NCBI GenBank assembly: GCA_028715055.1
Contig: JAQTLE010000001.1
Location: 486,382 to 550,381, forward strand
Reading direction: 5' to 3'
Source of the DNA: Sulfurovaceae bacterium
GTDB lineage: Bacteria > Campylobacterota > Campylobacteria > Campylobacterales > Sulfurovaceae
DNA: 64,000 nucleotides
The notes below the pieces were generated by a model, which saw only the letters and a program-made list of their open reading frames with translations, had not been told where the DNA came from and searched no databases. The translations under genes were made by a program, and so were the position numbers. Positions 49,439 through 56,842 of the stretch are shown one piece after another. How positions within the stretch are numbered: the first letter of the stretch is position 1; each line of letters starts with the position of its first letter.

Positions 49439-49557
49439 CAAAAGAAAAGCGTCACCGCTCACGAATCGCGACGCAAGATTTTTGTGGCATATGCTCAAAA
49501 TCTCGCTGCTTTTCGAGCGTTCGGGAGACATTATTTATTTTTAAAAGGAAAAATTAA

Positions 49558-50727
49558 ATGACAAAAGAAAAAGTTTTAGAAGCATTAAAAAATGTGACTT
49601 ATCCCGGCTTTACAAAAGATATTGTAACTTTCGGATTTGTAAAAGATATTGAAATTAACGATAATCGTGTAGCACTTAGCGTGGATATTACTTCTAGCGC
49701 ACAAGAAGTTAAAGAGCAATTAAATAACGATATTGAGGTCGAACTAAAAAAGATCGGTGCGAGCGAAGTAATAGCTACGATCATACAGCCAAAAGCTCCA
49801 AAAGAGATGAGTAATTCTGTAAGTGGGAAAAATTTAGTACCACAAATAAAAAACTTTGTTATGGTAAGTTCTGGCAAAGGAGGTGTGGGTAAATCTACAA
49901 CTTCAGTTAATCTTGCTATTGCAATGGCTATGCAAGGTAAAAAAGTAGGGCTTTTGGATGCCGATATATATGGACCGAATATTCCACGAATGATGGGGTT
50001 ATTGGATCAAAAACCAGAGATTCAAGGTAATAAAGTATTGCCTCTTAAAGCATATGGTGTTGAAGTCATGAGTATGGGATTACTTATGGAGCCTGGACAA
50101 TCTCTCATTTGGAGAGGTTCCATGATCATGAAAGCTATTGAACAGTTCTTGCGAGATATTCTGTGGAGCGAATTAGATGTTTTGGTTATAGATATGCCGC
50201 CAGGTACGGGTGATGCACAGCTTACTTTGGCTCAATCGGTACCGGTTACTGCAGGCGTGACAGTCACAACTCCACAAGAAGTAAGTCTTGATGACAGCAG
50301 AAGAAGTCTTGATATGTTCCAAAAACTACATATCCCAATAGCCGGAGTAGTAGAAAATATGAGCGGATTTATCTGCCCAACTTGTAAAACAGAATCTGAT
50401 ATATTCGGCATGGGTACAAGTGAAGCAGTAGCTAAAGAATTTGGCAGCACTTTGATGGTTAGAATACCAATCGAACCGGCAATTAGAATCGGTGGAGATA
50501 CAGGTATGCCTATCGTATATCATAAGCCAGATAGTGAGACTGCCAAACGTTACCAAGAGGCAGCCAGTAAGCTTATTGCTTTCATTGATGAGGTTAATGC
50601 AGATGGAGGTGCAAGTAATGCAGCTATCCAGCCTAATACACCTCCAGGAGTAAGTGCATGCAGTACATCAGCAAAACAAGAACCCACCAGCGGTGGTTGT
50701 GGCACTGGTGGATGTGGCTGTCATTGA
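49558..50727 (+). CDS. apbC: Mrp/ApbC-family Fe-S cluster carrier ATPase with an N-terminal DUF59-like domain and a Cys/Gly-rich tail
   Basis: Deviant Walker A GKGGVGKST and CPTC cluster-bridging motif. N-terminal MIP18-like domain. Tail ...TSGGCGTGGCGCH. Confidence 0.9.
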   Translation: MTKEKVLEALKNVTYPGFTKDIVTFGFVKDIEINDNRVALSVDITSSAQEVKEQLNNDIEVELKKIGASEVIATIIQPKAPKEMSNSVSGKNLVPQIKNFVMVSSGKGGVGKSTTSVNLAIAMAMQGKKVGLLDADIYGPNIPRMMGLLDQKPEIQGNKVLPLKAYGVEVMSMGLLMEPGQSLIWRGSMIMKAIEQFLRDILWSELDVLVIDMPPGTGDAQLTLAQSVPVTAGVTVTTPQEVSLDDSRRSLDMFQKLHIPIAGVVENMSGFICPTCKTESDIFGMGTSEAVAKEFGSTLMVRIPIEPAIRIGGDTGMPIVYHKPDSETAKRYQEAASKLIAFIDEVNADGGASNAAIQPNTPPGVSACSTSAKQEPTSGGCGTGGCGCH

Positions 50728-50830
50728 TTTAATTTTTTTGTAATGACAAGTTGTCGCTGCGAGACTTTAAAAAAGTCGCGGCAGTCTATAAATAGATTGC
50801 TTCGTTCCTCGCAATTACGGTTATTTAAAT

Positions 50831-51448
50831 TTATATTTCCACCAAACTATTGCTTAACTCGTTTTTATCATTTTTTTGCACTGGAAATTCTATTTTTAAA
50901 ATTTCTCCTATCGCTCGAATGGCTTTTATATATCCTTTTTCAAAATCTCCATTTTTAACATCTAATGTAAATTCATCTATAATTTTTTGCCATATGTTGT
51001 TTTGAAGTTTATTGCTGATTCCTGTGTCAACAATTATTTTTACAAAATGTTCATGTAAACTAACAAATATCATTATTGCTTGATGGTTGGTTGTCTTGTG
51101 AAGTCCAAGCATAAAAAAATTTTCATAAGCTTTTATAGAAGCCTTTTTGTGTAGGATTTTTTGAGGCATAAAAATTTGTTGTATTTTATCAATGGATAAT
51201 ACAAGATATGCAATTACAAAAGTGACAACTTGTGCTTCATATATAGTTAATGCATTCATGTTGGATTTCCATATTAATAAAAAAGCCGGGAGCATTATAG
51301 CGATCAAACTTGCTGCAAGAAGTGCAACAATGGTATAATCGCTACTTTTTTGTGTCAATACTGCTACAAGTTCACATGAACTTTTTGATTCGACATCAGC
51401 AACCTCTTTTTCTATATCAAGTTTTGTTATTTCGCTTAACTTTTCCAT
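50831..51448 (-). CDS. TPM-domain membrane protein (third gene of the LemA-TPM-TPM operon)
   Basis: ATG at 51446-51448 overlaps the upstream TAA (TAATG). Two central TM helices sit within a TPM/DUF477-like fold. Confidence 0.65.
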   Translation of the reverse strand: MEKLSEITKLDIEKEVADVESKSSCELVAVLTQKSSDYTIVALLAASLIAIMLPAFLLIWKSNMNALTIYEAQVVTFVIAYLVLSIDKIQQIFMPQKILHKKASIKAYENFFMLGLHKTTNHQAIMIFVSLHEHFVKIIVDTGISNKLQNNIWQKIIDEFTLDVKNGDFEKGYIKAIRAIGEILKIEFPVQKNDKNELSNSLVEI

Positions 51449-52305
51449 TACCAACTCCCACTTGCTCCGCCGCCGCCAAAGCTTCCGCCACCTCCGCTAA
51501 AACCGCCAAATCCTCCGTTACTACCAAAACCTCCAAAATCGTTTCCGCTTTGTGAAGTATAACTATTCAAAGGGGATATATGCCCAAACAATACAATTAG
51601 AAATATAATTACTGCTATGACTATACTAATTGGTATGATCGCAAACATAGCCCAACTGATTACTCCGGCTATACCGCCAGATACCAATGCCGGCATTATT
51701 CTAGATTTTGCAGAAGTACTTCTTTTGAAAAATATGGTTGATATCATAATAAATAAAAATAATATAGGCATCAAAAAGTCAAATATCGAACTTTCTTTAA
51801 CGGTATTATCTTTTTGCTCTGGAGCATATTCTCCTTTCGTAACTTTTATAATATCATCAATACCTTTGCTCGTACCTTCAAAATAATTACCGGCTTTAAA
51901 AAACGGTAATATGTCTTTTTGAATTATTGAGTTAGCTGTTGCGTCATTTAAAGCACCTTCTAATCCGTAGCCGACCTCTATGCGAACTTTATGTTCGTTT
52001 GGAGCAATTATGAGTAGAACACCGTTATTTTTTTTAGTTTGACCGATACCCCAATGTCGTCCAAGTTGATATCCATAATCGGATATATCATAACCTTCTA
52101 ATGACTTTAATGTTACTACTACTATTTGATTTGAACTATTAAGCTCATATGCGGCCAATTTTTCTTCCAAAATATTTTTTTGATTAGAGTCAAATAAAGA
52201 CGCTTCGTCAACTATTCTTGAATTATTTAGTACAGGAAAATTAGGTTCGCCATATAATGTCCCAATTAGGAGTATAAATCCTATTAGGCCTTTAATAAGT
52301 GACAT
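51448..52305 (-). CDS. TPM-domain (YgcG-like) protein with a TM segment and a Gly-rich C-terminal tail
   Basis: Signal/anchor sequence, TPM domain (VVVTL...GVLLIIAPNEHKVRIEVGYGLEG), two TM helices and the tail GGFGSNGGFGGFSGGGGSFGGGGASGSW. Confidence 0.8.
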   Translation of the reverse strand: MSLIKGLIGFILLIGTLYGEPNFPVLNNSRIVDEASLFDSNQKNILEEKLAAYELNSSNQIVVVTLKSLEGYDISDYGYQLGRHWGIGQTKKNNGVLLIIAPNEHKVRIEVGYGLEGALNDATANSIIQKDILPFFKAGNYFEGTSKGIDDIIKVTKGEYAPEQKDNTVKESSIFDFLMPILFLFIMISTIFFKRSTSAKSRIMPALVSGGIAGVISWAMFAIIPISIVIAVIIFLIVLFGHISPLNSYTSQSGNDFGGFGSNGGFGGFSGGGGSFGGGGASGSW

Positions 52306-52314
52306 TTCGTGCCT

Positions 52315-52905
52315 TTAGAAAGCTACTTTTGGAGTAGCTTGTTCTGTTGGCGATGCGCTAAAATTTTGTTTTATTTCGGCGTCTGGGTAAAGAAAAGCCG
52401 CAACCCATTTACCAGGAATAGTTCTGAGTTCCAAATTATATTTTTTAACAGCTTCTATGTAATCTCTTCTGGCAACTGCTATACGATTTTCTGTGCCTTC
52501 TAGTTGTGCCTGAAGACTAAGAAAGTTTTCATTTGCTTTGAGATCAGGATAATTTTCAGTAACTACCATTAGTCTGGATAATGCACTACTTAAATCGTTT
52601 TGTGCCCTTTCATAAGCTTTGAATGCTTCCGGATTATTTAAAACCTCTGGAGTAAGAGTCATTTGACCTACTTTTGCCCTAGCTTCTGTTACTTGAGTAA
52701 GTACATCTTTTTCGTGTGATGCATAACCTTTTACTGTAGCTACCAAATTAGGTATCAGGTCGGCTCTTCTTTTGTATTGATTATCCAGTTGAGAAGCAGC
52801 AGTTTTTACCTCTTCATCAAGTTTTGGAACATTATTAACTCTAGGCAAAATTATTATTGCAGAAATTAGTAGAAATAGTCCGACTATAATTCCTATTATT
52901 TTCAT
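52315..52905 (-). CDS. lemA: LemA-family protein
   Basis: N-terminal TM anchor. YKRRADLIPNLV and ENYPDLKANENF are typical of LemA. Confidence 0.88.
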   Translation of the reverse strand: MKIIGIIVGLFLLISAIIILPRVNNVPKLDEEVKTAASQLDNQYKRRADLIPNLVATVKGYASHEKDVLTQVTEARAKVGQMTLTPEVLNNPEAFKAYERAQNDLSSALSRLMVVTENYPDLKANENFLSLQAQLEGTENRIAVARRDYIEAVKKYNLELRTIPGKWVAAFLYPDAEIKQNFSASPTEQATPKVAF

Positions 52906-52924
52906 AATTTATCCTTTTTAATGA

Positions 52925-52940
52925 TTTTGATATATCAAAA
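52925..52940. promoter_or_regulatory. perfect 16-bp palindrome TTTTGATATATCAAAA in the lemA / small-ORF divergent promoter region
   Basis: Self-complementary as read from the sequence. ATATATCAA recurs 22 bp downstream (52952-52960). TATAAT at 52989-52994. Confidence 0.3.
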
Positions 52941-53023
52941 TTATAGCCTAAATATATCAACTTTATACATGTTATATAGTTATTTGGTTATAATACGCAA
53001 AATGGTCCAAGGGGGATTTAAAT

Positions 53024-53293
53024 ATGACTATTAAAGATAAATTACATACACTGCTTAGCAGTGAGATCATTCCTGATCTGGAAAACGCTATAGATGAGCT
53101 TTTTGAAGCCATCAGCGATGGGAGCGGTGATTTGAAAGAGCAAAAACAAGATCTGGAAGAACTTAGAGAGATGCGCACCGAATGCTTTGCCATATTAGAA
53201 GAATTAAACCGTGATGAGCTTGAAGATGAAGAGATAGAAGCACTTTATGAAGAACTAGTAGGGATGAAGAGCGAAGATAACGATGAAGATTGA
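53024..53293 (+). CDS. small highly acidic hypothetical protein (89 aa)
   Basis: Strong Shine-Dalgarno AAGGGGGA 7 nt upstream. Helical, Glu/Asp-rich, C-terminus EDNDED. Confidence 0.65.
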   Translation: MTIKDKLHTLLSSEIIPDLENAIDELFEAISDGSGDLKEQKQDLEELREMRTECFAILEELNRDELEDEEIEALYEELVGMKSEDNDED

Positions 53294-53328
53294 TCTAGGT
53301 TGGCACAATTGATCGAGATCAAGATTTT

Positions 53329-53610
53329 ATGCTAAATAAAATGGCTTTAGTCGAGGGGACAACCCTTTTGATGTTGGTATTTATAGCAGTTCCTTTAAAA
53401 TACAAACTAGGAATGCCTGAAGCAGTGTATGTGATGGGTAGAATACATGCTATGGCATTTGTACTCTATGTGGCTATATTGATTATCTCGTTTAGCCGTC
53501 AGAAGCTATCATTCTATCAATTTCTTTTAGGAGTTTTTGCTGCTTTTATACCATTTGGCAGTTTTGTATATGAACGAAAAGTTTTGGAGCATAACTTACA
53601 TATCAATTAA
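53329..53610 (+). CDS. DUF3817-family small membrane protein
   Basis: ALVEGTTLLMLVFIAVPLKY...GRIHAMAFVLY...IPFGSFVYER matches the DUF3817 pattern, as recalled. Confidence 0.75.
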   Translation: MLNKMALVEGTTLLMLVFIAVPLKYKLGMPEAVYVMGRIHAMAFVLYVAILIISFSRQKLSFYQFLLGVFAAFIPFGSFVYERKVLEHNLHIN

Positions 53611-53647
53611 ATAGTGCCATCAAAACATTAAGCATCTAATATTTATT

Positions 53648-55024
53648 TTATATATTTAACAGTTTTCTAACCCATATTAAAGCTTCATCATGTGTGGCAA
53701 TAATACCTTCTATTTGTGCTTCGTAAGCTTTGTGTAAAATATTTTTATAAGCAGGCGAAGGCTGAAGTCCTAATTTTATAAGATCTCTTCCTTGTAAAAG
53801 CGAGAAGGGAGCTTTAGTACTAACTCCTATTTTTTTTGATTCTGCCAGTAGCCAGTCTCCGGCTTCAAATATTCCGCTTTTTGATTCTTGAGTAGTGCGA
53901 CCCAAAAAATCCGCTTTGGCCACAAGAACTAGATCTTCTATGTTGACATTGGTTGATAAACGGCGTATCGCATTTATTTTTGCTTTGTTTTTAAATAATT
54001 GAGACGGTGCAAGATGATATTTTATAAGCGGTTCTATTTTTTTTATTAGATCGCGTTCATTGGTGATCCTATCCATAAATAAATGCATAGGCTCTATGCC
54101 GGCTTCTTCATGTCCTATTGCTGTGATTTGTTCGGCCGTTATTCGTGTATGTGTAGCCTTGCCGAAATCGTGACAAAGTATAGCCCAAAATAATATTTCA
54201 TCTTTCTTGTCATCTCCTGTTTTTAGGTTTGACATTTCATCAAGTGCCATCATTGTATGCGTCCAAACATCGCCCTCTAAGTGATATATAGGGTTTTGGG
54301 GTACATTTATAATGGCTTTAAGTTCTGGATAATATTTCAAAATACCAAGTTTACGTATAAGTTCGAAGCCGATCGATGGTTTATTTGATTTAAGCAGTAT
54401 TTTTTTGAATTCTATATAAATTCTCTCTTTTGGGAGATGTTCGAGCATATTGTCATTTATCATTTTTTGGCACAACTCAAAAGTAGAGTCATGCAAAGTA
54501 AATCCAAAGCGACTAACAAATTGTATAGCACGATAAACTCGCAATGGATCTTCTATGAATGTATTATCATCTATATGGCGCAATATTTTTTGCTTTAAAT
54601 CGTTTATGCCGCCAAACGGATCTATAAAATTTTTGCTTTCAATGTCGTAACCGATAGCATTAATAGTAAAATCTCTTCTTTTAAATGCCTCTTCATAAGA
54701 TAATGAGCTATCACAAATAACATCAAAATCTTTATGCCTATGACCTATTTTTGTTTCTATTCTAGGAAGTGAAAAATCATACTCTTTCCCATTATGAGAT
54801 AATTTAAGTATTCCAAAACTTTTACCTACAATGTTGACTTTGCCAAATTGAGATACTATTTGTTCTAATGCATCAATATTAAAAATACCATAGATTTCAA
54901 TATCATAGTCCTTTACTTGTAGTCCCATAAATCGATCCCGAACACTTCCGCCTACTATAACAGCTTTGGCATTTTTAGTTTTGAGTGTGTGGGATATAGT
55001 TTTTAAAATAGAAGGAATATGCAT
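53648..55024 (-). CDS. cca: CCA-adding tRNA nucleotidyltransferase with HD domain
   Basis: GGSVRD nucleotidyltransferase motif, RRDFTINA, and an HD domain (LCHDFGK). Confidence 0.88.
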   Translation of the reverse strand: MHIPSILKTISHTLKTKNAKAVIVGGSVRDRFMGLQVKDYDIEIYGIFNIDALEQIVSQFGKVNIVGKSFGILKLSHNGKEYDFSLPRIETKIGHRHKDFDVICDSSLSYEEAFKRRDFTINAIGYDIESKNFIDPFGGINDLKQKILRHIDDNTFIEDPLRVYRAIQFVSRFGFTLHDSTFELCQKMINDNMLEHLPKERIYIEFKKILLKSNKPSIGFELIRKLGILKYYPELKAIINVPQNPIYHLEGDVWTHTMMALDEMSNLKTGDDKKDEILFWAILCHDFGKATHTRITAEQITAIGHEEAGIEPMHLFMDRITNERDLIKKIEPLIKYHLAPSQLFKNKAKINAIRRLSTNVNIEDLVLVAKADFLGRTTQESKSGIFEAGDWLLAESKKIGVSTKAPFSLLQGRDLIKLGLQPSPAYKNILHKAYEAQIEGIIATHDEALIWVRKLLNI

Positions 55025-55033
55025 GGTGGAGCT

Positions 55034-56842
55034 TTATTCCACGGTAACACTTTTAGCAAGGTTTCTTGGCATATCGACATCATTGCCAAGCCTTATAGAA
55101 ATTTCTAGTGCCAAAAGTTGAGTGATGACCATCATTTCAAAAAACTCAAGCATAGGATGAGTGTCATATTGTGTTTTTATGAAATCATCGGCCAATTTAA
55201 ATGGTTCTGGGGATATTGCAAGAATAGTAGCATCTCTAGCACTTAGTTCTTCGACATTACTTTTGATCTTTTCATAATGCAGACTGCGCGGCATAAGAGC
55301 TACAGTAAAAAGTTCGCTATCTGCCAAGGCTATTGGGCCATGTTTCATTTCTCCGGCCGGATAGCCTTCAGCATGAAGATAACTGATTTCTTTTAATTTT
55401 AATGCTCCTTCCAATGCAAGAGGATAGAACAAATCTCTACCTATGAAAAAGAAACCGTGACCATGTAAATACCTTTTTGATAGTCTATGTATCTGTTCGT
55501 GCAAACCATCAGGAACAAGAAGAGCTTTTGGAACATGTACCATGGCATCAATCTCTGCGGCTATAATTTTGCTTGTTATGCTATTTTTTAGTCTTGCAAA
55601 ATAGATCGATAACATCCATAATACCATCGTTTGAGTAGCAAATGCTTTTGTGCTTGCTACACCTTTTTCTATGCCGGCTCTTGTAAGAATAGCTCTGTCG
55701 CTTTCTCTTACTATTGATGAGTTGTCCACATTGCATATGCTAAGACTTTTTAGACCGGCTTTCTTTGCCATTTTAAGTGCTTCAAGCGTATCTGCTGTCT
55801 CACCGCTTTGAGAAATAGTTATAAAGAGCGTATTTTTGTTCAATAAAGGTTCTTTATATCTAAATTCAGAAGCAATTTCTACTTGACAAGGAATTTTGGC
55901 CAATCTTTCAAATAGATAGCTGCTTGCAAGCGCAGAATGATAGCTGGTGCCGCATGCACATATTTTTATAGCTTCTATGCCTTTTAAAAATGATTCATCC
56001 AACTCTTCAAAATAGATATTATCGCTATTTATTCTACCCATCATAGTTTCGCTCATTACGCGACTTTGCTCATAGATTTCTTTTTCCATAAAAAATCGAA
56101 ACCCGTCTTTTTGAGCAGATGATTTGTCTGCTAGCAATGGTTTGGGATGTATGGTTTTTTCTCCGTTTTTGTCAAATAATGACACCTTACCATCTTTTGC
56201 ATAGCCAAATTCACCATCTTCGAGATAATAAACTTCTTTGGCTTTTCCTATGATAGGAGTATCCGAAGAAGCAAAATATATATCTCTATCATCAAAACCT
56301 ATTAGCATTGGTGAGCCATTTTTGGCAAAAAAGATCGTATCTGGAGCAACTTCGGTGATAAGTAGTGTTGCATAAGCACCTTCGAGCTCAAATATCGTCT
56401 TTTTGAATGATTCAAAAGCATTTTGGTCTTGTTTATAGTGGTATTCAAAAAGATGCACTATCGTTTCAGTGTCTGTTTGGCTAAGAAAAGTTACACCATT
56501 TTTTTGGAGTTTAGCTTTGAGGCTTTGATAATTTTCTATAATCCCGTTATGTACTACAAAACTGTATTTTCCCAAATGAGGATGGGCATTAAGCTCTGTC
56601 GGTTTGCCATGTGTTGCCCATCTGGTATGCCCAATGCTGACCCCAAAACCATGACTTTGATAATCCTTTGTTTTTGCTCTAAGATTTTCTAGTTTACCTA
56701 CAGCTTTAAAGTGCTTTAAATGCTTGTCTTCTATTATGGCAATACCGGCTGAGTCATATCCTCTGTATTCAAGTTCGCTCAAGCCATCTAATAAAATTTC
56801 TTTTTTTTCTTTATTGCCTATGTAACCTACAATTCCACACAT
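55034..56842 (-). CDS. glmS: glutamine--fructose-6-phosphate aminotransferase
   Basis: N-terminal MCGIVGY, two SIS domains and C-terminal KSVTVE. Confidence 0.97.
   Translation of the reverse strand: MCGIVGYIGNKEKKEILLDGLSELEYRGYDSAGIAIIEDKHLKHFKAVGKLENLRAKTKDYQSHGFGVSIGHTRWATHGKPTELNAHPHLGKYSFVVHNGIIENYQSLKAKLQKNGVTFLSQTDTETIVHLFEYHYKQDQNAFESFKKTIFELEGAYATLLITEVAPDTIFFAKNGSPMLIGFDDRDIYFASSDTPIIGKAKEVYYLEDGEFGYAKDGKVSLFDKNGEKTIHPKPLLADKSSAQKDGFRFFMEKEIYEQSRVMSETMMGRINSDNIYFEELDESFLKGIEAIKICACGTSYHSALASSYLFERLAKIPCQVEIASEFRYKEPLLNKNTLFITISQSGETADTLEALKMAKKAGLKSLSICNVDNSSIVRESDRAILTRAGIEKGVASTKAFATQTMVLWMLSIYFARLKNSITSKIIAAEIDAMVHVPKALLVPDGLHEQIHRLSKRYLHGHGFFFIGRDLFYPLALEGALKLKEISYLHAEGYPAGEMKHGPIALADSELFTVALMPRSLHYEKIKSNVEELSARDATILAISPEPFKLADDFIKTQYDTHPMLEFFEMMVITQLLALEISIRLGNDVDMPRNLAKSVTVE

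Noticed and set aside
49491-49544. A 17-codon mini-ORF (MLKISLLFERSGDIIYF) inside the GC-rich island upstream of apbC, considered as a possible leader peptide.
   Set aside because: There is no ribosome-binding site. The sequence is better explained by the palindromic structure. No regulatory logic such as runs of specific codons is apparent.
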